Virus record (IMG/VR): IMGVR_UViG_3300046777_001793
Span: 32,001 to 96,000 of that record
Reading direction: 5' to 3' (one strand)
Length of the DNA stretch: 64,000 bases
Source: a virus
Below, piece after piece: positions 47,326 to 57,025 of this stretch. Position numbers and translations under genes: made by a program. The notes below the pieces were generated by a model that did not search any database, had not been told where the DNA came from, and saw nothing but the letters and a program-made list of their open reading frames with translations. Positions within the stretch are counted from its first letter, which is position 1, and each line of letters opens with the position of its first letter.

Positions 47326-48426
47326 ATGAACCAAAAAGATATAGTTCAAGCAGAATGCTTAAAGAAAATAATTAACAAAAAAAGATGTTGTACTGTACTT
47401 GGTACAGGTTCAGGTAAGACAATGCTTGCATTAAAACACATGATGCAACAATATACAGACTTATCATTATTTCTTGTTGTTTGTCCTACAAAAGCAATCA
47501 AAGATGGCTGGATAAAAGAAATTAAAGACAATGATTTAGACTTCTTGCTTAATCATATTACATTCAGCACCTATCTTTCTTTACACAAACAAGATTACAA
47601 AAATACTGATTGGGTTTACTTTGATGAATCACACAACTTAAAGTTCACACATGAACCTTGGTTGCAGTTGTATGAAGGTAATATACTTGCTTTGACAGGA
47701 ACACCACCTAAAAATAAACAACAGGAAAACTATATACTTACGGATAGATATTTTCCAATAGCATTTAACTTTGGAATAGATGCTGCTATAGCACAAAAGA
47801 TGTTGAATGACTATAGAATACACATCCATCAGTTGAAGTTATCTGAAAAGACAACACACAAAGCAAAGTTTGGAATGACAAGTGAATCAAAAGCATACAC
47901 TAGTATATGCAGAAGACTTGACAAAACACCAAACACAGCAAACAAAATACTACGTATGAAAACTCTTCAAGGGTTTAACACAAAAGTATTATATGCTAAA
48001 ATGTTGTTAGAAGTTCAAGAAAATAAAACATTAGTGTTTACTGATTATACAGAACAAGCAGATAAAATTTGTAAATATTCTTACCACAGCAAAAACAAAA
48101 ACAGCAAGAATAACCTTGAAATGTTTAAGTCTGGTGAGATAACTAAACTTGCTTCTGTACAACAGCTTAATGAAGGTGTAAACATACCTAACCTTAAAGT
48201 TGGTATCATCATGCATTCATACGCTAATGAAAAGAAACTACCACAAAAAATTGGTAGGTTGTTAAGGCTTAATCCTAATGACACAGCAGACATACATATA
48301 CTAGTGTATCAAAATACTGTTGACATGGATTGGCTAAAGAACGCACTTAAATCATTTGATAAAAATAAAATCTTTACTTATGACACAAGAAAAACAGTTG
48401 ATGCTTTTAAACGACTCCATTCATAG
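47326..48426 (+). CDS. superfamily 2 (DExH) helicase
   Basis: GTGSGKT, FDESH, LTGT, LNEGVNIP, QKIGRLLR. Confidence 0.9.
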   Translation: MNQKDIVQAECLKKIINKKRCCTVLGTGSGKTMLALKHMMQQYTDLSLFLVVCPTKAIKDGWIKEIKDNDLDFLLNHITFSTYLSLHKQDYKNTDWVYFDESHNLKFTHEPWLQLYEGNILALTGTPPKNKQQENYILTDRYFPIAFNFGIDAAIAQKMLNDYRIHIHQLKLSEKTTHKAKFGMTSESKAYTSICRRLDKTPNTANKILRMKTLQGFNTKVLYAKMLLEVQENKTLVFTDYTEQADKICKYSYHSKNKNSKNNLEMFKSGEITKLASVQQLNEGVNIPNLKVGIIMHSYANEKKLPQKIGRLLRLNPNDTADIHILVYQNTVDMDWLKNALKSFDKNKIFTYDTRKTVDAFKRLHS

Positions 48427-48622
48427 TTATGACTATGTAAAAGCATGCATACTAAAGTATGTTCACCCATTCAGCTTTATTCAAGCAGAACAATTAGTAA
48501 CCATTGCTCATTACACAGGAAAAGCATCAATAAAAGTATCTGATGACATAGTAACGCTTGTTAAAATTCAACAAGAATTGGAAAACAAAGGTCTTAAAAC
48601 AGAAATAATACCATGCAAATAG
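48380..48622 (+). CDS. clpS: ClpS-like N-degron adaptor
   Basis: LMLLNDSIHSYDYV...QAEQLVTIAHYTGKASIK...L..KGL..EI. Confidence 0.75.
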   Translation: MTQEKQLMLLNDSIHSYDYVKACILKYVHPFSFIQAEQLVTIAHYTGKASIKVSDDIVTLVKIQQELENKGLKTEIIPCK

Positions 48623-48918
48623 AACCGTTCAAAGTCATCTGTATTGATGACACAAAAATTCCTAATGAAATACCTAAACATCTACGCGTTGTAGAAAAAA
48701 AAATCTACACAGCAGAAGGTATTGTGCATTTACTATCATCTAATGTCATAGGTTTACACATTTTAGAGTGTCCACTAACAGAAAAAACAACCTTTCCATA
48801 TCTTTATTGGGGTGCTCACAGATTTATTCCATATACAGAAGAAGCCATGGCAGAACTAATGAGTCTGGAAAAAGAAATTGGTGATATGTTAACACCAGAT
48901 AAAACAAGAATGGCATGA
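48613..48918 (+). CDS. hypothetical protein
   Basis: KVICIDD motif. Confidence 0.55.
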   Translation: MQIEPFKVICIDDTKIPNEIPKHLRVVEKKIYTAEGIVHLLSSNVIGLHILECPLTEKTTFPYLYWGAHRFIPYTEEAMAELMSLEKEIGDMLTPDKTRMA

Positions 48919-49304
48919 ACCATGGAATACTTTGTAAAAAGTATTATAGAAAACAAGAGTGGGATAAAACAGTATATAATTCCAATGAACATTTATTGAG
49001 AAGTATTACTGAATATTTTGCTGGTTACACATCAAGAAACATTTACTATGGTGCATTAAAGCATAAGACCATAATGGTATTAAAAGGTTTTGATCATACC
49101 CTATATGAGATAAGAGATGCATTAAATCTTACAAATCATGCTACAGTATGTCATTACCTAACAAAGTATAAAAAGTCTTATGATTATGATACATTCATAG
49201 AAGAAAATTACTTGAAGTGTATATATGAAAAACTGTATCCTGTTACAGTTTACACAAAAGAAGGAGAACTTAGTTATAAATTAGTTAAAAAAGAAGAGCT
49301 ATGA
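48915..49304 (+). CDS. HTH protein, DnaA C-terminal-like
   Basis: TLYEIRDALNLTNHATVCHY. Confidence 0.5.
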   Translation: MNHGILCKKYYRKQEWDKTVYNSNEHLLRSITEYFAGYTSRNIYYGALKHKTIMVLKGFDHTLYEIRDALNLTNHATVCHYLTKYKKSYDYDTFIEENYLKCIYEKLYPVTVYTKEGELSYKLVKKEEL

Positions 49305-49491
49305 GCAATAAGAGAAAGATAAGTAGAGTTTTCCCAGGAAGAACAAGATCAAACACACACATGCTTGTTGTAGAGATTAAAAACTCTATACTCAAAAGTG
49401 TAATTGATATTCAAAACAAGAAAAGTTTTATATCACATGATTACGCTAAAATAACAGGCAACAGAGTTCAAGAACAATGTAATTTAGGATA

Positions 49492-50046
49492 ATGGCTAAC
49501 TGGTGTTATAATTCGGTCTTATTTGAAGGAGATGAAAAAAATATCTCTGCTTTAACAAAGATTGTTGAAGACATGGTAGAGAGAGCAAACAAAGGAAATT
49601 GTGGTGTTATTCCTTTAGTACAAGAAAAAGAACTTGACAATTACTATTTTGAGATACACATAAATGAAAAAAGTGAAACTCATTTAGAGATAACTTATAG
49701 TACAAAGCACAACCAAAACCCATTAAATTTAAACTTTCTTTGTGTTAAGTTTGGAGTTGATTCTATGTATGGTTCTTTTAGTGAAGAGTCATATAAAGTT
49801 TATGGCGAGTATAAATTTGAAGACAACACATTCTATACAAAAGAATTAACTGATGCGGAATTTGATAGTTGTGAAGTTTTACTAGATGAAAATACAGATG
49901 AAGTTCTTAAACGGAGAGCAGATTATTTAGACAATGAAGAAGAATGGGATGAGTTAACTGAACAAGAAGATACTTATACAACTCATCAATATGAATTGCT
50001 AGATGATATATTAGATAAAAAGGATTGGATTAAATTAAAGACATGA
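49492..50046 (+). CDS. YubB/DUF1281 ferredoxin-like protein
   Basis: MANWCYNSV N-terminus; acidic C-terminus. Confidence 0.5.
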   Translation: MANWCYNSVLFEGDEKNISALTKIVEDMVERANKGNCGVIPLVQEKELDNYYFEIHINEKSETHLEITYSTKHNQNPLNLNFLCVKFGVDSMYGSFSEESYKVYGEYKFEDNTFYTKELTDAEFDSCEVLLDENTDEVLKRRADYLDNEEEWDELTEQEDTYTTHQYELLDDILDKKDWIKLKT

Positions 50047-50367
50047 GAAATAGAAGTGCTTATAATTACCTGCATATTTCTAAAAGAATACATCAATGTG
50101 TTCAACTAGAATTATATTATGTTGGTGAACCTGTGTTAAAACTGATCCATTGTGACCAAGAGTATCTTAATGAAATGGTTGAAAGAGCCAATGAATTATT
50201 TGATAGTCTTACACCAAGTTTAATTATGAGTGCTATAAAACTATTACCATTGTTGCCAAAAGATTTTCCTAAATTCCATGACTACATTTGTTATAGCTTA
50301 AAAGAATTACTGATTATCAAAATGAAATTAGTAGATGATGAATGTATCTCACATTTTGAAATAGAAT

Positions 50368-50760
50368 ATGAAAAAAACCACACTAATTAAATTCAAAAAA
50401 ATAGATGGTAAATTAAAACCTGCTGATGGATTAATGACACACAGGTTTAATCAATTTGTAGCAAATCTAACACCAGATGATGTTGTTGAAGCAATGTTTG
50501 AAGCTGATGAACCAGACAATACAAAAGCTCAATTAGCAAAGATTCATGTGATGATTAGAGAAATTGCTGATGAAACAGGAGAAGATGTTAAGAAAACAAA
50601 GAATGACATCAAAGATCAATGTGGATTGACTACATACAGAGATAATAAAAAATACTTCAAATCATTTGCTGATTGCTCTAAAAAAGAACTATCAGATGTG
50701 ATTGAAAAGATTTATATTATTGGTGAGTTTGTAGGAATTAACTTTCAAAAAGATCTTTAA
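50368..50760 (+). CDS. NinB/YbcN-like protein
   Basis: TKAQLAKIH..IREIADETG...KSFADCSKKELS.VIE. Confidence 0.5.
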   Translation: MKKTTLIKFKKIDGKLKPADGLMTHRFNQFVANLTPDDVVEAMFEADEPDNTKAQLAKIHVMIREIADETGEDVKKTKNDIKDQCGLTTYRDNKKYFKSFADCSKKELSDVIEKIYIIGEFVGINFQKDL

Positions 50761-51025
50761 CATCAATTTCTTGTTCTTCAAGTAAGTTGTGTTCTTTAGC
50801 GTAAAGTTCCATTTCATTTATCAAATGAATTAAAACGCTAATCATAGCTTCTTCTTTAGTAATGTCATCAGCATTATCTAAAATCTTTGTTAATGATTTT
50901 ACCTGGTCCGGTTGATCATTCATTAACTTAAAGAAAAAACCTTTTAGTTTTTTGTAATAGTTAGTATTTAACTTTACAATCAACTCAACATTATCTTTTA
51001 TAACCTCTAATTTTTGTACAGACAT
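50738..51025 (-). CDS. hypothetical protein on opposite strand
   Basis: 95 aa ORF exactly filling a gap in the plus-strand array; natural-looking composition. Confidence 0.65.
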   Translation of the reverse strand: MSVQKLEVIKDNVELIVKLNTNYYKKLKGFFFKLMNDQPDQVKSLTKILDNADDITKEEAMISVLIHLINEMELYAKEHNLLEEQEIDVKDLFES

Positions 51026-51581
51026 GAGTTTTGAAATTAAAATTCAAGAAATTAATTCAAAGGTAGTAAATAAACTTCAAGATACTACTTGGAGTAGCGT
51101 GCTTGTTCCTTATATTAATTCACCAGAACATTTTGAATTAATGAAAACCTTAATGGTTGAAACAAAATCCGGATTAACATTTCAACCACCATTAAAAGAA
51201 TGGTTTGTTGAGTTCAATAAGGATTATGATAAAATCAAAATGGTTATTGTCACAACAGACTATGAAAACCCTGTTGTAACAGATGATCCTGAAGTTCTAC
51301 ATTTAGTATTAAACAAAACTTCTAACTCAAAAGAATCACATGGATTTCTTTGGGAAAAATTCAACAAGGATTTAATACTAGCAACTAGTAAAAACAGTTG
51401 TGCTTATGTATTTGTAGGACAAGCAACGTATAGTTATGCTGCACTAGTTCCAAACAATAAAAAGTTTATTATGCCAGAGCCAACACATAAGTTTTGGGAT
51501 GATGATAAACTTGTAAATGCGTTTTCAGAAAATGTAAATAAAGTATTGTTAGGACTTGGCACAACAAAAATAAAATGGTAA
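51024..51581 (+). CDS. degenerate uracil-DNA glycosylase-like protein
   Basis: W..VL..YI, FQPPLKEWF..F, IKMVIV, H..LW..F, YVFVG..A; catalytic GQDPY and HPSP motifs absent. Confidence 0.55.
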   Translation: MSFEIKIQEINSKVVNKLQDTTWSSVLVPYINSPEHFELMKTLMVETKSGLTFQPPLKEWFVEFNKDYDKIKMVIVTTDYENPVVTDDPEVLHLVLNKTSNSKESHGFLWEKFNKDLILATSKNSCAYVFVGQATYSYAALVPNNKKFIMPEPTHKFWDDDKLVNAFSENVNKVLLGLGTTKIKW

Positions 51582-51599
51582 CTTTGATGCCCCCATTTT

Positions 51600-52187
51600 A
51601 TGAAGAAAAAATTAAAACAAGTAAGTCTATTTAATAAGATTAAATCATTGAAACTCACCTTCAATGTGTATGTAATCTTATATAGAATATATCAAAAAGA
51701 AACTGTTGAACAGAGTCTATTAGACAAACTTCCTACTGCTTTATATTCAGACGGAAAACTAACTGAATATTCTATTAAAGCATTGGAATCTATTGATGCA
51801 TTATTCACCACAAATAAGAACATTAAAGTTGATGAACTTATGGGTGCTGAATACAAAATCAACATTGAAAAATACCTCAAAACATTTCCATCTGAAAAGC
51901 TTCCATCAGGTAAATATGCTAGAGCTAATTCTAAAAATGTTGAAGTCAATTTTAAATGGTTTTTTAATGAGTATGATTATAGTTGGGAAACTATACTTAA
52001 AGCAACAGATATGTATGTTCAAGAGTATAAACAAAACAACTACAATTATATGAGAACTGCTGTTTACTTCATCAGAAAAGATGATGGAACAAGAACTGTG
52101 CTGTCTGACTTGGCTGATTATTGTAATAGAGTTGAAGATGGGGAAAGTTATTCTTCACCTAAAATATTTAAAACAACAGTTATATGA
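51600..52187 (+). CDS. putative replication initiator/helicase loader
   Basis: TFP..KLPSGKYAR...YMRTAVYFI.K; directly upstream of and overlapping DnaB. Confidence 0.5.
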   Translation: MKKKLKQVSLFNKIKSLKLTFNVYVILYRIYQKETVEQSLLDKLPTALYSDGKLTEYSIKALESIDALFTTNKNIKVDELMGAEYKINIEKYLKTFPSEKLPSGKYARANSKNVEVNFKWFFNEYDYSWETILKATDMYVQEYKQNNYNYMRTAVYFIRKDDGTRTVLSDLADYCNRVEDGESYSSPKIFKTTVI

Positions 52188-53191
52188 CACCACAGAAGAA
52201 AACAAATCCTTGGAAAAGTCACTCTGAACACTACAAGGATGCATTATCTTACATGAAAGATAGAAAGGAAGGTAAAATCTTTTCTTATAAAACACCATGG
52301 AGTAAATTTAATAATGCATCTACTCAAGGTATAGAGTTCAATACTATTACTGTTATTGGGGGAAGACCTGCATCAGGAAAGACTTTATTGGTAGATCAAA
52401 TGATTAGAGAAGGCTTTAAGTTAAACCCTGGTTTAAATCTTAGAGTATTACAATTTCAATTTGAGATGCTTGGAAGGACTTCTAAGATGAGAGAGTTTTC
52501 TGCTGTAACAAAGAGAACTTATAAGTATTTATGTAGTGCTGAACAAGAAGGTTTAACAATTACAAAAGCAGAGTTTGAATTATGTAAACAGCATGCTATA
52601 TCAGCAGCAAAATATCCAATTGATATTGTTGATGAACCAATGACTGTTGAAGGTTTAAGAAAATGTATTAATGATTATATGAATCACCATGCGGTTACAA
52701 TGGCAGGTGGTAAAAAAATATACCATAATACAGTAATTACATTAGACCATACTGTACTGGTTAAAAAAGCAGAGAAAGAAACAAACAAGAATGAAACCCT
52801 GTACAATTTAGGTGAGATGTGTACAGAGTTAAAAAAGAAATACCCTATTGCTTTCATATTGTTATCACAATTAAACAGGGATATAGATAGACCTGAAAGA
52901 AATGAGCAAGGTAAATATGGTAACTACATTCTTGAATCAGACATCTTTGCTGCAGATGCATTATTGCAACACGCAGACCTTGTTGCTGGAATTAACAGAC
53001 CAGCAAAAAGATTTATTAAGTTTTATGGTCCTGAAAGATACATCATTGAAGATGATTCAGTTCTTGTTGTTCATTGGCTTAAAGCTAGGAATGGTGAGAT
53101 AGGTATGAGTTTCTTTAAAGCAGAGTTCCATAACATGCGTATTGCAGAAATGGAAACTCCAGGACAAGATCAATCTCAAAACAAAAAGTAA
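52184..53191 (+). CDS. dnaB: DnaB-like replicative helicase
   Basis: GGRPASGKT, FQFEM, ITLDH, LSQLNR, KARNG. Confidence 0.9.
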   Translation: MTPQKKTNPWKSHSEHYKDALSYMKDRKEGKIFSYKTPWSKFNNASTQGIEFNTITVIGGRPASGKTLLVDQMIREGFKLNPGLNLRVLQFQFEMLGRTSKMREFSAVTKRTYKYLCSAEQEGLTITKAEFELCKQHAISAAKYPIDIVDEPMTVEGLRKCINDYMNHHAVTMAGGKKIYHNTVITLDHTVLVKKAEKETNKNETLYNLGEMCTELKKKYPIAFILLSQLNRDIDRPERNEQGKYGNYILESDIFAADALLQHADLVAGINRPAKRFIKFYGPERYIIEDDSVLVVHWLKARNGEIGMSFFKAEFHNMRIAEMETPGQDQSQNKK

Positions 53192-53732
53192 ATTGAAAAA
53201 AGTAAACCCTAAATTAGAAATTTTGGACAGAAGAGAGAAGATTGAACAACTGTTTAAACACCATGATAAAGTGTTTAAAAAATTAAAGATTGAAAAGCCA
53301 TTGTATATTCCAAAAATGGCTTATTATGACAGAGATGTTAAAGAAACTGTCATATCATTCTTTGAAAGTGAAATGCATGGAGAAGATATTTTTACTGAAT
53401 TTATCAGTAGAGATTGTGATTCTGAAGATGAGTCAAGAACACTTTATCTTTGGAAATATAACCCTCACTTCAAGAGTGAATATAAAACTACTGCTCCTCA
53501 TCCTACAACAGGACACGTTAGGTATTTAATACCTGTATCTGAATTAATTGTTGTTGAAGAATTAATTAGTGAATTAGTTGAAGAAGAAGAAGAGTTCTTA
53601 ACTGATATACCTAATCCGGATTTGGATTTACCAATGGATCAAATGACATTGCGTGATTATGCGTGTATCAAATTAAAGACTCCACAAAGTTTTAAACCTT
53701 GGTTAAATGAAATAATTAATAAGGCAAAATGA
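53142..53732 (+). CDS. conserved replication-module protein
   Basis: RYLIPVSEL and QMTLRDYACI..K.P.S.K.WLN motifs; start uncertain. Confidence 0.55.
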   Translation: MQKWKLQDKINLKTKSKLKKVNPKLEILDRREKIEQLFKHHDKVFKKLKIEKPLYIPKMAYYDRDVKETVISFFESEMHGEDIFTEFISRDCDSEDESRTLYLWKYNPHFKSEYKTTAPHPTTGHVRYLIPVSELIVVEELISELVEEEEEFLTDIPNPDLDLPMDQMTLRDYACIKLKTPQSFKPWLNEIINKAK

Positions 53733-54019
53733 CAAAAGAATTTTACTTAGAAAAGTTAGAAGAAGTTAAAGTTAAACGTGCATCATTAGATGCATTTGTT
53801 GATAGACTTAAAGCTTCATATATAGAGAAGAATAAACCATGTAACATAGATGATTATGTAAAAATAACATTAGGTTCTGGTAGAGTAGCAAAAGGTATTG
53901 TAGTTTCTTTTGGAATACTTGCTGATAAGTGTGTACATATTACCGCTTACAAAGAAGGTTCTCAAACAAAATACATTACAGTTCCTACTCAAAGTGTAGA
54001 AATAATAACCCCAAAATAA
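53729..54019 (+). CDS. hypothetical protein
   Basis: ORF coupled to upstream stop. Confidence 0.55.
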   Translation: MTKEFYLEKLEEVKVKRASLDAFVDRLKASYIEKNKPCNIDDYVKITLGSGRVAKGIVVSFGILADKCVHITAYKEGSQTKYITVPTQSVEIITPK

Positions 54020-54026
54020 AAACAAG

Positions 54027-54812
54027 ATGAGTGAAATTATTTTGCCAAAGAAACCTATAAAAAGTAGGTTAGTTAACCCAAGTCCATTATTAATATTTGG
54101 TCCGCCAAAAATTGGTAAAACAACTTCTGTTGCTGCATTGGAAAACTGTTTAGTAATAAACTGTGAAGATCCAATTCAAACTGCAGATGGTATGGTAATG
54201 TATGCAGAGAATCTAAAAGTGTTTAGACAAATCTTAAATGCAATCATCAAAGAAGGATGTCCTTATGATTACATTGCCATTGATACAATTACAAAGCTTG
54301 AAGAGTTCTGTGTTGTTAGAGCAGAAGAAATCTATGCTAATTCACCAGTTGGTTCTGGTTGGATTAAACGTGATGAAGCTGGTAAGTTACTTGCTACATC
54401 TGGTAAAGCAAAGTATAAAAGTATTTTGTTCCTTCCAAATGGTAGCGGTTATCAATATTTACGCCAAGCTTTTGATGAAATCATTACGCTAATCAAAAAG
54501 GCTGCTAAACATATCATCTATATTGGTCACGTTAAACAAGCTAATATTTTAAAAGATGGTGTAGAATTTACATCACAAGATATTAACCTTGTTGGTAAAA
54601 ACAAACAGGCTATTTCAGCTGATGCTCAAGCTATAGCATACATGCGTAGAGTTGGTGGTAAAAATTTACTTTGTTTCCAACCATCTGATGATGTACTTGC
54701 AGGTTGTAAAGTTAGAAGACTTGAAGGTAAAGAAATAGTGGTTAGTGAATATGATGAAGAAGGAAATTTAGTTTCTCATTGGGATGAGATATATTTAAAA
54801 GAAGAAAAATAA
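54027..54812 (+). CDS. AAA_24/Sak4-like recombination ATPase
   Basis: GPPKIGKTT, IAIDTIT, GSGY, IYIGH. Confidence 0.8.
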   Translation: MSEIILPKKPIKSRLVNPSPLLIFGPPKIGKTTSVAALENCLVINCEDPIQTADGMVMYAENLKVFRQILNAIIKEGCPYDYIAIDTITKLEEFCVVRAEEIYANSPVGSGWIKRDEAGKLLATSGKAKYKSILFLPNGSGYQYLRQAFDEIITLIKKAAKHIIYIGHVKQANILKDGVEFTSQDINLVGKNKQAISADAQAIAYMRRVGGKNLLCFQPSDDVLAGCKVRRLEGKEIVVSEYDEEGNLVSHWDEIYLKEEK

Positions 54813-54843
54813 TTAATAAGTTTAACAATTAAAAATAAAAATC

Positions 54844-55656
54844 ATGTGTGCATTAAAAACTAAAGGAGTAGCTAAAAGTGGAGTTTCTAAAGAGTTAAGA
54901 CCAGGAAACAGAGTAGCAAGAATTTTCTCAATTGCATTAACAAAACCAGCATTTGCTAAAGAAGGAACACCAGAGTTCTATTTAGAAGCTGTGTTAGAAG
55001 GTGAACATTTAGATAACTTTGAAGGGTTTGATATTGAGTTTGGTAAACCAGAGAAAGGTAAATTCAAAGGTCAATCTGCAAAAGTTAAGTTGAGTAAATA
55101 TACTTTCAAAGACTTCAAAAAGAAAGATGGTGAAGTAGTTCCATTGGAAGAACAAGTAATGCAATTGTTACACCGTTTAGCAACAGCATTAGGAAATCCA
55201 GGATGGTTAGATTCAATGGATGGTAAGTGTGATAACATTCAACAATTAGTTGGAGAGTTTAACCGTAACACAGCATTCAAACAAAAGTATTTGAACTGGT
55301 GTTTAGGTGGTAAAGAAAAGACTGTTGAAGTTAACGGTAAATTTTATCCAAGATATTATTTACACGTTCCACCATATAAAGACAGAGCTGGTGTTGTGAT
55401 TTGTGAAACACCTTATGCAGATCCAAAAGACACATCAACAACTGTAACTGTTTTCAACAAAGACTTACACGTTGAGAAAGAAGAAAGTGCTCAACCATCT
55501 GCAGCATTTAATTCAACAGCAGAGTTTGATGCAAATGATGAGTTTGTTGATGTAGAAGATAACGCAACTGAAACAACTACTGATTCAGCATTTGAAATTG
55601 ATGATGATGCATTCAGCATTGATGATGATTCTTTTGAAGTAGAAGATGCGTTCTAA
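54844..55656 (+). CDS. putative single-stranded DNA-binding protein
   Basis: Follows Sak4-like gene; acidic tail ending DAF; terminator at 55678-55708. Confidence 0.6.
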   Translation: MCALKTKGVAKSGVSKELRPGNRVARIFSIALTKPAFAKEGTPEFYLEAVLEGEHLDNFEGFDIEFGKPEKGKFKGQSAKVKLSKYTFKDFKKKDGEVVPLEEQVMQLLHRLATALGNPGWLDSMDGKCDNIQQLVGEFNRNTAFKQKYLNWCLGGKEKTVEVNGKFYPRYYLHVPPYKDRAGVVICETPYADPKDTSTTVTVFNKDLHVEKEESAQPSAAFNSTAEFDANDEFVDVEDNATETTTDSAFEIDDDAFSIDDDSFEVEDAF

Positions 55657-55719
55657 ATAAATAAATAAATAAATATAAAGCCTGTTCATTTGTTGGACAG
55701 GCTTTTTTATTTTTGTCAC

Positions 55720-56715
55720 ATGGCATTAAGAACAAAAAGATTTACTCCAACTCAATTACCATTTTCTTCTGAAATATTATTTGAAAAGATACTTAACTTA
55801 AATGAAAAGTTAACAGGTCAATCTGTAAAAATAAAATCAATATTAAACCCTAAAGATACTGATCCTTCAATGATAATTTTCTTTGATGGAGAAACAAACA
55901 TTTATAGATTCAAAGATTTTTCAGCAGATAAATATGGTGATATAATAGATTTAATTAGTTGTATATACAACCTTGATAGAGTAAAAGCTTATTACAAACT
56001 ATTGGATATATGTGAGTCAAAAGAATTTGAAGGCATTGAAAAAATTAATACAAGTGATGTAGTTAAAATAGAAACTAAAATCACTAGATATAAAATTGCT
56101 CAATGGAAAAATAGAGATGAAGAATATTGGAGTCAATATAATATTTCACCTTTCTTTTTACAGCATTACAACATTAAACCAATAGAAAAATATGAGATGA
56201 CAAAAGTTCAAGGAGATAAAAAATGGTCCTATATATTTGAACAAGCTTTTGTCTATGGATATTTTACAAAGGATAATAAACTGTATAAAATTTATTCCCC
56301 TAAAGTAAAAGATAACAAGTTCATTAAAATAAAAAACAACATCTTACAAGGTGAAGAACAACTAAAGTTTGAACAACCTTATCTCATAATGCTTTCATCA
56401 ATGAAAGATATGGGTGCATTTTATGCATTAAAGTTTAAAGGGTTTGAGTTTGTTGCACCAGATAGCGAGAACACTTATATCAACAAAGACAAAATAGATT
56501 TCTTTAAAAGTAAATACAAGAAAATATTTACACTCTTTGATAATGATATTGCTGGAATGAAAGCTATGAAAAAATATCAAGAGCTTTATCAAATACCTTA
56601 CATTCATTTCAATGTAGAAAAAGATGTTGCTGAATGTGTTAAACAACATGGAATTGAAAGTACTAGAGTATTTATGAAATCAAAATTGCAAAATGCTATT
56701 AGAAAAGAAAATTAA
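55720..56715 (+). CDS. DNA primase (Toprim)
   Basis: D.DPSM, FKDFS, SSMKD, APDSE, LFDNDIAG, KDVAE. Confidence 0.8.
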   Translation: MALRTKRFTPTQLPFSSEILFEKILNLNEKLTGQSVKIKSILNPKDTDPSMIIFFDGETNIYRFKDFSADKYGDIIDLISCIYNLDRVKAYYKLLDICESKEFEGIEKINTSDVVKIETKITRYKIAQWKNRDEEYWSQYNISPFFLQHYNIKPIEKYEMTKVQGDKKWSYIFEQAFVYGYFTKDNKLYKIYSPKVKDNKFIKIKNNILQGEEQLKFEQPYLIMLSSMKDMGAFYALKFKGFEFVAPDSENTYINKDKIDFFKSKYKKIFTLFDNDIAGMKAMKKYQELYQIPYIHFNVEKDVAECVKQHGIESTRVFMKSKLQNAIRKEN

Positions 56716-57025
56716 AATCTTAGATTATTTAAAGTCTAATGATTTAGAATTAAAAAAATTAGGAACTACTATCTTAGAAAATCACCAAAGTCCTCAAATT
56801 AATGTTTGGTTTTATTTAAAGCTACCAAAAGAATTAAGAGAACCTATATTTAAAGATTTAGACAGCTCTTTAAAATTTCATTACTACGTAAAGAAACATT
56901 ATGAAGAAATGGATAATGATTCTAAACAAGAATATTGGAATTGGATAATTGTTACTCATGCAAGAGCAATAATGCCTGAAAAAGATAAGATAGATTTAAA
57001 AGAAATACATGCATTCTTTAAGTAA
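56693..57025 (+). CDS. hypothetical protein
   Basis: ORF overlapping both neighbours. Confidence 0.5.
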   Translation: MLLEKKIKILDYLKSNDLELKKLGTTILENHQSPQINVWFYLKLPKELREPIFKDLDSSLKFHYYVKKHYEEMDNDSKQEYWNWIIVTHARAIMPEKDKIDLKEIHAFFK

